Below, in pieces: positions 52,590 through 64,000 of a stretch of DNA of 64,000 nt. Under the pieces are notes generated by a model, which had not been told where the DNA came from, did not search any database, and saw only the letters and a program-made list of their open reading frames with translations. The translations under genes were made by a program, and so were the position numbers. Source of the stretch: Octopus vulgaris (Eukaryota); contig OX597824.1 of the NCBI GenBank assembly GCA_951406725.2, forward strand, positions 55,614,001 to 55,678,000, in the 5' to 3' direction. Every line of letters begins with the position of its first letter. The first letter of the stretch is position 1.

Positions 52590-54935
52590 CAATTACTTTC
52601 TGGTAAGACCTACTCTGAGATGTTTTTCACCAACACTTTGCCTACAATAGCCAACAGAGCAATGCCCTGGTGGTCTCCACATTCTGTTTGATCCCCCTCC
52701 TTGTAAAAGGTGATCATCAGGATATCCTTGAAGTTTTAGGTCACACACTCATTAGAAAGACAAGATTTGTATAGCCTCAACAGTTCATTGTGGAGTTTTT
52801 ACCCACCTCTTTTGAGCATGTCTGGGGTGCATTGTGGCTTGCTATGGCCTTCAAGGCTTTCTCCAGTTCCTGGCAGAGGTCACTTCATCTCTTGTGCCAT
52901 TCTAACCATTTGAAGACATCTGGTTGAACAGATCCTTGCTGATTGAGCAGTTTACAGAAATGCTCCTTCCCCCTAGCTCTGATCTCCTGGATATTGCCAT
53001 GCAGTCTACTCCCATCTGCATTCCTCCTGGGGCCATAGATGGCTTTCAGTCTTGTAAACATCCCGTGGTTGTCATGCTTGTTAGTCATGTTTTGCAAAGC
53101 TTCTACCCATCTGCACCACCAGTCATTCTTCAGCATTCTCATTTCTTTCTGCATTTTGAACTTGATTTTAGCAAAAGTGACCCTGCTCCTCTCTGAGTTC
53201 TCCTGCAGATGTCACTGGTGTAGGCGTTGCTTTTTGTCTAGCAGCTTCTAGATCTCCTCTCCATGCTCCCAGAACCAATTTGGTGTTTTATACTGAGAGA
53301 TCCCAAGGGTCTCTTTAGCAGCAGAAAAGACCTACCAATGATCCTTAATGCCATTCAATCCATCTCAGCTAACTATTGTATCTTTGACTGCAGCCATGAT
53401 GGCAGCAGTCAGTATTTCACATTTGCTAGCTAGCTGATGTCAAGCTTCTATGGTTTTTTGCTGGTTGGGTCTTTCTCCAGGGCAGTGATCCTGAGTCTGA
53501 TCTAACTCCTCACGAAATAGTGGTCAGTTGAGCCTTCTTCTCCACATATGATGTTCTTGCACAGGATCTCCTGCAGCCCAGTCTTCCAGGTAATGCTGTA
53601 GTTCAGCAGATGACAGTTGCCAAACCTAGGGTGTTTTCATGTGAAATAATTCTTGTTGGACTATTCAAGAACATATTGGAGACACAGAGTTCCTGCTATG
53701 CATAGAAGTTCAGTAGGAGGTCTCTGTTGGAGTTCTTTTTGTCCTTGCCAAATTTGCAAATGTTGTCTACATAGGTCTCACAATCTGCACCCACCTGGCA
53801 TTAAAGTCACCTATAATCAGCAACTTGTCTTGGGAAACCTTGACTCCAGTTCTTGTCAACTCTTGGTAGAATGCCCCTTTCTCCTCTGAGTAGGTCATTG
53901 TTGAAGCATATGCATTGGCAAGGGTCAGGTGTTAGTTATTCATGATTGAAATCTGTAGGGTCATCAGCCTCTCTGAGATGGCTGATGAGAGGAAAGGCAG
54001 CCTTTTGGTGATCTTGTTGTCAACAGCAAAAGCCACATCCATGTCTTTTCATCTTTCTGTCTTTCCAACCAAGATGGAGTAACCCTCCTCTTGAAATGGA
54101 CCTTGCCCTTTGATCCTGGCCTCTTGGTGTGTGGAAATGCTTACACTGTATCAGTGCAATTCTTTTGCAATCAGGGCTGTCCTCCACTTCGGTATGGTGT
54201 CGGGTATGGAGTCTCCATCAAGCATAGTATGCATGTTCTATGTTGCCACAGTTGTAATTTTTTTGCAATTCCACTTGTTGAAGTGAGGTCCTGCTCGTCA
54301 TTGTGAACTAGCCAGGTTTTGTTCTGTGTATATTTTCGTAACTCTAACTTCACAAGGAGCTTGCTCTTCTAGGATGGTCAGTGATCCTTGAAAAGGGCTG
54401 CCTGGACATTCACACCACTGCCTCAATTTGCTGGTGATCAGGATTCAGCACTGACTGCAACCATCAGGATTAATTAAGTTGTCTGTGTGCAGAGCTCATG
54501 CTAACAGCACTCCTTGCCACAAGGTTTCCCACTTCTCTGAACGAATGGACTTGCATAGTTAGTAAGGCAGTTGGTGTCATCTGCCAAATAGAATGCATTT
54601 CTGGGCCTCCATACCAGGTATCAAGTGGTGTACAAGAGTACAATAAGCAAGCTGACGATAGGGCTGCCCCACAGTGGCAGCTCACTTGCTAGTTGATGCC
54701 CAACTGTTGTTTGATGGTATAGATCTTCTGTTTGGCATTACCTTTCATTGGTCTCAGACTCCTCCACTTTGTTGGTTATCCAAAATCCTGCTGCCAATGT
54801 CTTCCCTGTATCCCTGGCATGGGAGGCTAAGGGGTTGCTAGCACTTACCCAAGGTGCCACCCTAGTCTATGGACTGAAAGGACAACTTACTCTCCCTTTC
54901 ATGGCTTGCCACTGATGTGGGTGCCATACTGAACC
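52590..54935 (-). mobile_element. Heavily decayed RTE LINE, 5' region through start of RT
   Basis: GDFNAR-like, HPRFGNCHLLNY, LKAIYGP, IALLAIVGKVLVK remnants. Confidence 0.65.
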
Positions 54936-54941
54936 ATACTG

Positions 54942-54983
<42 letters not shown>

Positions 54984-55020
54984 TGCATGTATGATGTATG
55001 TATGTATGTACATACATACA

Positions 55021-58000
55021 TACAAGAATTTTGCAATATTATTTTATTCACTTAGCTTTACATGTTTACACTTTTATCACCTTCTAAGTATTCTCCATTT
55101 GAAGCAATGCATCAGTCGAGATCAACTTCCAACTGTTCTTCACATTCAGTCGTGACTTCTTTTGAACTTCTGTGAGCAAGCCAGGCACAAATTTTTGCTG
55201 CAACTCTTTTCATTTGCAATTCCTCACTCAAAACTTGTTGGTAGGAGTTCTAGGACACACACAATCATATCAATTTTATAACATGATGTCTGTATGTGTC
55301 ACCTTAGTGTCATGCACTAATGCAGTGTGATATATAGTGCTATGGAACAGGGTAGGTACCAACTGTCTCCACTTGATGTATTCCCAAATACTCTGCCAAC
55401 AACTGTAACCAATCCAAAACAACTCTCAATTAAGTATAACAACTTCTCAACAATTTACTGCGACTTCACAAACTCATAAACGACACCTTCCAGCTTCCTG
55501 CAAATTCCCATCTCTTGCTCTCAGTTAAACATGCTGCTACTTATACAAGTTTGGCTAGTCCATTCTCATAGGCGGTGCCATGATCCTCTTAAAACATCAC
55601 TTTCGAGATTTGACTTCTGTAGGAAGTGCAACTTGTTTATTTAATTTTATTCTATTTTTCTTTTTTTCATCATCACCTCTCTTTTTGATACTTTAATTTC
55701 CTCAGAAATTTTAATACTTCTTTCACTTCAGGACTGTCTCCAGTCATTCTACTTGTTTATATTTTCTATTGCTGATTCACCTAGGTTCAACCTCTTTTGA
55801 CGTTGGAACATTGAACAAGTCATAACAAACTTCCATCAGTATTTCTTCTCTTTTTTCGGTATGTCTAATCTTCAACTGGATCAAATGTCATTTGTGTTCT
55901 CCTCTTTGACCTTTTATTATGTAAATTATTCTTTTTGTTACTATACCATCCTCCCAACCTTGTCTTCCATTCTTATATATTTTGAAATGAACTTTATCTC
56001 CCACATTAAAATATTTTGTTGTGTTTCTTGAGTTTTCCCAATAAAATTTTTCTGTAGGTATTAATTTATCAAAAATTGATTTTATCTTTCTGGCAAACAT
56101 TAGCTCTGTGGGTGACTTGCCTGAACAGGTGTTCAGGTTAGGTGTTACCCTGTAAACCTGTAAGAATCGAGTTAGTGCTGCATCATTGCCTAATTCATTT
56201 CCTGATTTTTTTTAGTGCTCACTTAAATATGACTACAAACCTTTCTGCTTGCCCATTTGATCTTGTGTCATACAGCAGAGTAGAGATGTAATTGATTGCA
56301 TACCTCTTACAGAAATTTTAAAATTTGTACCCCAAAAACTGCATTCTGTTATCTGATACTATGGTGTCCAGGACACTGTATCACTCAAAAAATTTGTGAA
56401 GGAACCTTATTGTTACCTTCACTTATATGTCTCCAGCTGCTTGGTATAGCTATCTACTATGATCAGATAATATGTGCCATTTACCTGTCCAACAAAATTT
56501 ATATGTAGCCTGGACCACGGACCGTCTGTCTTAGGTTATGACTGGAAGTTCACCAGTGGTTACTTTGCTGTGAGATCACAACCTCTGCAGAATTTCACCA
56601 ATTGTTCAATATCATGGTCCATAGTAGGCCAATACACATAACTCCTCATTACTGATTTCCTTCTTGAAACCTCTGGGTGTCCCTTTGCAACTGGCACTAC
56701 AACTCTTCGTGCATGCATCAACTCATTACCACACAGAGGAAAATGGTTCGCATTTGTGTTACATATATTTTTATTTTCTTTTACCGTCAACATTTCTCTC
56801 ATCTTTGCAAATTAATTTGTCATTTTCCAATTTTAGTTTTATATCTTGAACAGTTACCAGCGGCTCCCGAATGATGTTACACAAAATGTTTTTTATTTAA
56901 TTTTCCACTTGTAATGAGGTTATCACCATATCTTCCAATGGTTTTGTATTTTTTTAACACAAGCACTTTTGCTTTACAGGTTTTACCACAAAATGTAATG
57001 TTGCTTACCATTTCACCTAAGGAGTGTAATCTTTCACCTGTGACGCCTCACGCACTTTGTGATGTTTTCTTTAATGTAGGTTTCCCAATTTTCTTCCACG
57101 TGTCAGTATCAATAATTGTAATATCACTAGCTGTTTCATGTTCATGTCGTTTACTTTTACATACACATACTTTCTTTTTTGGGTGTCATCACAACTTTCT
57201 GTTAAGCAAACCTTCTTAGGATTTTTTTCCTGACCTTTTTTGTTTTGCTATGCAGTGCAAGCATTTATGTCCCATTTTTGAGAACTAAAACCTTTCCAAG
57301 TTTTAGACAGACAGTCTTTCGTAAAATGCAGACCTCCCCACCCATAGCATGGATTTGGTCGTAACATTCTTTTTTCTTTATTTATTCCCAGTTGACATGT
57401 CTGTTTTTGAGACATGTCAATTTTCTTTACGCCTAGCCACAGGTTGATAATTCTTTGACATTCCTCTGCTACTGCCTGCAAGGTTAAATTCTGGTCCTCC
57501 TATTCTAGTTTTGTAAGAATCTGTGCATGTATTTCTGCATCTTTGTCTGCTATCAAACCTTGCACAAAGATGAGGCATTTAAACATGTCATGAGATTATT
57601 TTTTCAGTTTAAATTTTCTGCACATTCTATTTATGATTCTGGCATAAGTTCAAACACTCCTATCGAGTGTTAAACAGGGAACTCTTATTACTGAACATTT
57701 TAGATAGCAATTCAATTCTTTCTTCGAAACAAATTTCACTTGTTTTTTAGGCAGGATAAAACTGTAGTATTTTTCCTGTTCTGAAAGATCTAATTTCCAT
57801 AACAGTAATCTCACATTTTCATCGTCTGTCCAACACTTGCATTCTTCCTTGAAAATTTCTTTATATCTTCTGAAGTACACTGAAAAAGTTATACCCTCTT
57901 CTGGCTTATAACTAAATTCTGTTATAGCATTCATGATGCCATTTTTTGAAAATAAACTTGCAGTGTTTCTCAACTTCTTTAGCCATGATTCCAACAAATG

Positions 58001-59002
58001 TTTGTGTTGTAGCTGTTGCTGTTGTAGTTGGTGCAACTCCTGTTGCTGCTGTTGCTGTCGCAATTCCTGTTGCTGCTGTTGCTGTTGCAACTGTAATATG
58101 TCAGCTAATAGGTCTTCTATAATCAACGAATATTTTGTATTATAAAAAATTGTTAATGACCAACATAAGCTTCAAATCACTCATTGCCACTTTAATAACG
58201 TGGTTTCTGCACATGTCACCTTAGTGTCCTTACTATATATCACACTAATACAGTGTAGTATATAGTACCATGGAATGGGGTAGACACCAATTGTCTCTAC
58301 TTGATGTATTCCCAAATACTCTGCCAACAACTGTAACCAATCCGAAACAACTCTCAATGAACTATAACAACTTCTCAACAAGTTCATGTGACTCCACGAA
58401 ATCACGAACGATACCTTTTGACTTCCTGCAATTTCCCATCTCTTGTTCTCAGTCAAACAGGCTGCCATTTAAACGAGTTTGGCTAGTCTATTCTCACAGG
58501 GGATGTCATGATTCTCGCCATAATAATCAACAAGTTCATCAAATGTTCAGTAATGGTCCTCCAAGATCAGTTCATAAATTTTCATGGTGTTTTTATTCAT
58601 TCAGGAGGTCGATGGTAATCCTGAACGAGGTTGATCTTCAAGCAACAAGTGACCATTGCTAAAGCATGTAAATCACTTGTAAACTTGAGTTTTGTTCATA
58701 GCAGCATCCTTGTCAACTGTTTGAAGCATGACAACTGTTTCTGCCACCATTTTCCCCAGCAGAAAACAGAATCTCATGGAAGCACACTGTTCCTTTGTTT
58801 CAGCCATTGCAACACTCAGTGCACAGTGGAGAAGCACTGCAAAACAAAGATGCACTACATGGCAGTATGACCTCACTTGATGCCACTGGTCAGCAGACTG
58901 ATCTCTGAGGGTCTCATCAAGTGGCTTCTAGTGGTAGAAGCCTGAACTACAATGGATTTGTCTCACAGAGAACATTATCAGTTACTTTTGGGCACCTACT
59001 TG
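55021..59002 (-). mobile_element. Mariner-like element interrupted by the Gypsy insertion
   Basis: EQCASMRFCFLLGK...AMNKTQVYK (58673-58800); transposase-like sequence appears to resume left of 55275; TIR-like end TTACTTTTGGGCACCTACTTGTA. Confidence 0.65.
55276..58525 (-). mobile_element. Gypsy LTR retrotransposon, internally deleted (gag, protease, integrase; RT/RNase H not seen)
   Basis: LTRs ~55276-55596 and ~58194-58525; PBS-like AAGTGGCAATGAG; gag FSYKPEEGITF..YFRRY, zinc knuckle, GHP..MRSYVYWP..C..C, SPTELMFARKIKS. Confidence 0.88.
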
Positions 59003-59192
59003 TATGTATGTATGTATGTATGTATGTATGTATGTATGTATGTATGTATGTATGTATGTATGCATGTATGTATGTATGTATGTATATATGTGTGTGTATG
59101 TGTGTATGTATTTATGCATGCATATATGTATGTATATACGTATGTATGTATGTATATATGTATGCATGCATGCACATGTATGTATATTGATG

Positions 59193-60031
59193 TATTGTGT
59201 TGAGTCAGGAGTTTTGCAATATTTTAGTAACTTACTTGCTTTATTCTTTAAGTTGAAACAAAAGCAGCCTAGCATTCAAAGTTGAAGCCATAGTATTGCA
59301 TCTTCTGAAGCCACTTTCTGCAAGTTCTTTGATTCCATACTGATATCAGTTATTGTCCTTCATGGTGAAGAACTCTTTCACTGAAGCTTCCACAACCTCT
59401 TGATTGATGGCGTGTTACAAGTGCCGGAAGTGAGCTATGAACTGGAACATCTAATACTCCAAGGGAAATATTTTTCCACAATCCTTATGTGCATAAGCAG
59501 CCAGCTTCTGGAACATGTCATCAAATGTTAGTATTTTGAACATAAGGTGATACTCTGCATCTGGTGGAATTATGAGGAGATAATTCATTACGAGTTTGTT
59601 CTAAATGGTCAAACCATCAATGCTAAGCTGTACTCCAAACATCTAGAGTGGATGTACGCAATTTGTGGCAAAAATACCTGGCATTGGTTAACAGAAAGTG
59701 AGCTCTTCTACAGCAAGACATACCAGGAAATTGAGAGAATCAAACTGACAATATACTCAGCTTATAGTCCAGATCTATCTCCCTCAGATTATTACTTGTT
59801 CTGATTCATGGTACACTTCGTGTGCTTGCATCACTTCATCGACCAAGAGGAAGTGAAAACTTCAGTGAAGATTTTTATCTCTAAGGACAAAAACTGGTAC
59901 CATAGTGGGACCATAGAACTTCAGCCAGTGCAACATGATGGCCTCTTCTTTGGATGCTTAGCTACTTTTGTTGTAACAAATAAAGCAAATAAGTTACCAA
60001 AATATTGCAAAACATTTGACTGAACACTATA
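59193..60031 (+). mobile_element. Mariner derivative with two 3' ends (long inverted arms)
   Basis: ILCIWWN...YSPDLSPSDYYLF; 59193-59455 is a diverged reverse complement of ~59787-60031. Confidence 0.8.
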
Positions 60032-60036
60032 TATAT

Positions 60037-60358
60037 TCTTTTACTTGTTTCAGTCATTTGACTACGGCCATACTGGAGCACCACCTTGAAGAGTTTTTAG
60101 TCAAATAGATCGACCCCAGGACTTATTTTTTAAAGCCTAGTACTTATTTTATTGGTCTATTTTGCTGAACCACTAAGTTATGGGGACATAAACATTTCAA
60201 TACCAGTTGTCAAGTGATGAAGGGGGTACAAACACAGACACAAAGACACATGCACATATCAATATATACATATATATATGCAACGGCTTCTGTCAGTTTC
60301 CATCTACCAAATCCACTCACAAGGCTTTGGTCAACCCAAGGCTACAGCAGAAGACACT
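60037..60358 (-). mobile_element. SINE family A, headless
   Basis: Homology to 19021-19330. Confidence 0.85.
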
Positions 60359-60499
60359 ATATAGAGTATAAAAGAGAAAAGTTATCCCGGCGTATACCAT
60401 ATTGTCTCTCAAATTGGTATAGATGCCAACTATCCACAATAATCCATTATATAGTACTCAAGCTTAGAAAGAGCTACTGGTACTGGTAAACTTCACTCA

Positions 60500-62882
60500 T
60501 TGCTATTCAGAACTGCAAATATTCCATAGAGTATTTAATAACATTGAGGGAAAGTAATGTGTGTGAAAGGATAGATCTGAGATGTTCAATATAACTATGG
60601 GATTGACAGACTCTGCACAAGTAACATACTTAATAGGAATATACATTTTATTCTGCCTGTATAAGGGACTTCCTGAAATAGGAGGGGGTCTGTACAGGGA
60701 TGACGCACTTTTCATCTTGTTTACCCCCTCAAACTGGGACATAGAAAAATATAGGAAAAAGTTTTTAACATTTTTTAAAAACATAGGACTTTCAATATCA
60801 ATAGAAGAGGTGTATAACTCAGTTAACTTTTTTGATGTTAATTTAGATCAAAGCACATATATAAGATCATATCACAAGCCTAATATCAACCTTAGATACA
60901 TTCATAAAAATAGCAATCACCCAAAATGCATAACCCGATCTATAGTAGAAAATATATCGATCCGCATTACTAACCTCTCAGTGGATAAGGAAGTATTTAA
61001 ACTAAATGAGGACTTTTATAATTTAGCATTAGAGAAGGCAAGATATAGAGAAAAATTATGATTCTTTAATGATAGTAATAATAGAAATAATAAACGTGGT
61101 GGGATGAACCATCTTAGCAATAATCAAAATAGAATATATAATATGAAGAACACCACTAACTACCAAGTATGGATAGTGGGAAGAGTTAAAGATAGAAAGT
61201 TCATGCAATTAGAATACAACAATAGAACACCTAGAACCAAAAAGCAGAGTAGAAATTTACATGAATTTGTGCCAAATAAGTGCTAAGTCTAAGTGACTTA
61301 GATAAGAATGGACTGATCAAGAGGTCCCAGTCAGATAGGCGAGGTAACCAATATATTAGGTTTGCCAATAGTACTACACAAATAACTGGCAAATATAATA
61401 GCAAACAAACCCAATGCCGAAATAAAAACCAGGTAAATAGGTTACACACTTTTACAAAAAGCTTAGGTAAAAATAGAAATACATAGCTCAATAACATATA
61501 TACCTCTAACAATATTGAGTGGTATATAATTCCTTTTGTAAAACAAATAATTTCCAATATACCTAAATTGTTCTATTTGACATTGGCTCAATATTTTCAA
61601 AACAACAGCAAATACCATAGAATATTTAATAAACATAGCCTTTTCCAGTAGCAGAAATCTACCATAAATTATAGCAGCACACAGCACCAGTAGATTAAAC
61701 AGTTTCTATATAAACAATAACAACAATGGTTACCAGAATAATAACTATAGATCAATAAATAACAACACTCCCAACATGAGCGAACAAACCATAAGTAACC
61801 CAACTAGGTATCAGGATAGGAACTATGGTTTGACAACCAATAAAATAGAAGCTATCTGAACAAAGTCCTGCATTAGCCTGGAAGTAGAAGGTGTGAATCC
61901 TAGAAAGTGCAGTACTCAGAATGTTTTCTATGTAGGAGAGAATAATAGCTTAGAAGATAGACAGGAGAGTTTAGAAATCACTCCTGTGAAGCAGAAGTGG
62001 AAATTATTAATGGAATTAGTAGAACTATTAATTACATTTATGCAAGGAACAAGCTTTGCCCACTTACTCTAATTGTAGCTCAATTATTTAAATTCGTTTA
62101 GATATAGTGACAAAATGAATACTACTAGCCTTAGTAAACTAATTTGGGCATTAAAAGATAGTGATAAAGTATATTCAATTGACTGGGAAATAGTTAGTAA
62201 GGCAAAAACCTTACAGAACAGGCAATAATAGATGTGACTCTTGTGTGGAAGAAATGTACCAAATTTTCACTTCAAAATTTACTCTTATAAGCACAAGACA
62301 AGAACAGGCTCTAAGATGTTCATATTTGAGAAAATATACATTTAAACAATTTAAATAAACACAACTCACCATCTATATTAATCATGCTAGTTACAATGAT
62401 GATTATGATAATAAATATTTATACTAATACTACTACTACTAATAATAATAATAACAATAATATTAAGTGAGTGTACAAACCCCAAAAAAAGTAAAATACC
62501 TCTGAATAACGTACTCAGTACAGCTACATGTGAACAAAACTGCTACAATTAATTGAAATCTGAATAAACATTTTTAAAACCAGCATTTTAAAAAGTGTAA
62601 TAGCAGCAGAGGTGATTATAAGACCAGCATTGCATCAAATATAAACAGTAATGCTATTACCTTCAATTGAATACCAACACAGGATGCTTGTTTGAGTCAG
62701 TTCACTTTGAAAACGCTGTGAGTGATGGACCCTTGAAGAAATTGCAATTATTTGAATGCATAATTGCATACAAAGCAATGTGCAGCTGAAACGTAAGTGG
62801 GTCAAATGTATATGCTGTAGAAAGCTTTTAAATAAAGGTTTTGGATGTGAATAAAATCTGCACTCTCCTCTTCATTAACATG
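60500..62882 (+). mobile_element. Decayed Penelope-like element (RT, linker, GIY-YIG remnant, terminal repeat)
   Basis: FNITMG..DSAQV..LIG, GLYRDD, FFDVNLD, YIHKNSNHP; TSLSKLIWALKD, IDWEI, CDSCVEE at 62120-62260. Confidence 0.85.
62728..62803 (+). ncRNA. Degenerate hammerhead in Penelope terminal repeat
   Basis: GACCC-TTGAAGA-long stem II-GAAAC GTA-AGTGGGTC. Confidence 0.5.
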
Positions 62883-62908
62883 TTATATACATATATATAT
62901 ATATACTA

Positions 62909-63095
62909 TGTATAAAAGATCGTGGGTAAGGCCAAAACAATGTGAAGTAAATAAAAAGTAAATCACGAAAATGGGGTCATAACCCCAAAATATTGAATAC
63001 AGTGTAAGTCTACATTAATTCGCATATTTGTTTTCTTGTGATTTACCTTGCATTTACTTCGCATTGATTTGGCATTAACCACAATCTTTTATACA
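62909..63095. repeat. Diverged inverted repeat (~63-bp arms, ~59-bp spacer)
   Basis: 62909-62971 pairs with 63031-63095. Confidence 0.8.
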
Positions 63096-64000
63096 ATATA
63101 TTTTACACAATGCTTCACACTAATTATTCCATTATAATATATATATATATATATATCAGAGTTACCCAGCATTGCCCGAGTTACATACAATTGAAGAATT
63201 AGACTTTTCTGATATATTTTCTGTAATGAACTGGAATACCTATGTTTCGAATTTCATCAAAATTGCAGATAAGGGTTATTTCCCTCTTTACACACCCAAA
63301 CAAAATTGTAATCGTGCCACATGTATCCCATACTACTGATTTTTATGCGCATATTCCAAAATTCCAGTCTTATAGAACCTGTTAAAAGGATTTTGCTCCT
63401 GAAAAATGGAGGTCATGGAGCTCTAAAATGTGAGAGTTAACTCCCCTATTGGAGGTAGGCATCTTAATGTCAACCAGAGAAGTAGAATTGTTGAAAATCT
63501 TTTTAACTTGGGTCTTATATCTATTGTTTGAATTTCTTTGAAATAGGAAATATATGTTCACTGGGTTTGTAAAAGAGAGCAAAGCTACAGGAAACCAAAA
63601 GACGAATGATCACAATAAGCAGTCAGTTACCCTATCCTAGTCGTTATCACTCCCAATGTAGGATCCCTCACCATCCAGGTGACAGGCACAGCGGTAAGAT
63701 GCATTACGAATCTATAGCAATTGGAAGGGCATGACCCAACTGAAATAAACATTAACAACTGTGTAACATGAGGGCTAATGAGAAATGAAAGTGTCACCTC
63801 TGGAGTTTGCAAATGACCACTATACTGATACATAACTGGACAGAATAAATATAAACAATCTATTAATGTCTTTGAATAACCAGTCACTCATCTGGGAAGG
63901 CCTTGAAATCAATGTTACCATTTGCGGATTGTGTGTGACCCAGTGATAATAAAAAGACTGAAAGGAGATCAGCAATCAAATAACTTTATTCAACACTTTG

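Noticed and set aside
57650-58126. PolyQ host gene
   Set aside because: It is the Gypsy gag, next to the PBS and LTR
63620-64000. Possible LINE endonuclease remnant (NVGSLT, EININN)
   Set aside because: Too degenerate to classify without a search

Overview
Eukaryotic, AT-rich, microsatellite-laden DNA whose repeat content points to an octopus/cephalopod genome (inference from the SINE, RTE and Penelope families seen; no search run). Host content is one minus-strand gene: a probable first coding exon (30089-29964) and a 3,412-nt internal exon (5805-2394) encoding a disordered Ser-rich region with EHNY and PxVxL motifs. The rest is largely nested transposons: several RTE LINE families (one young copy at 40.9-44.1 kb), CR1, Tx1/L1, Dong/R4, two Penelope-like elements, a deleted Gypsy inside a mariner, maT/mariner, a hAT MITE, non-autonomous Helitrons and three tRNA-derived SINE families. 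Most notable: (i) five hammerhead-ribozyme folds tied to Penelope-type termini, one with a compensatory G3-C8 core swap; (ii) a TSD-flanked 232-bp unit joining a tRNA-like Pol III head to a hammerhead tail, a candidate Penelope-dependent SINE; (iii) a Tx1 insertion whose two contiguous halves bracket an apparently inverted 1.55-kb host segment; (iv) a twin-primed SINE. Coordinates of degenerate repeats are approximate.
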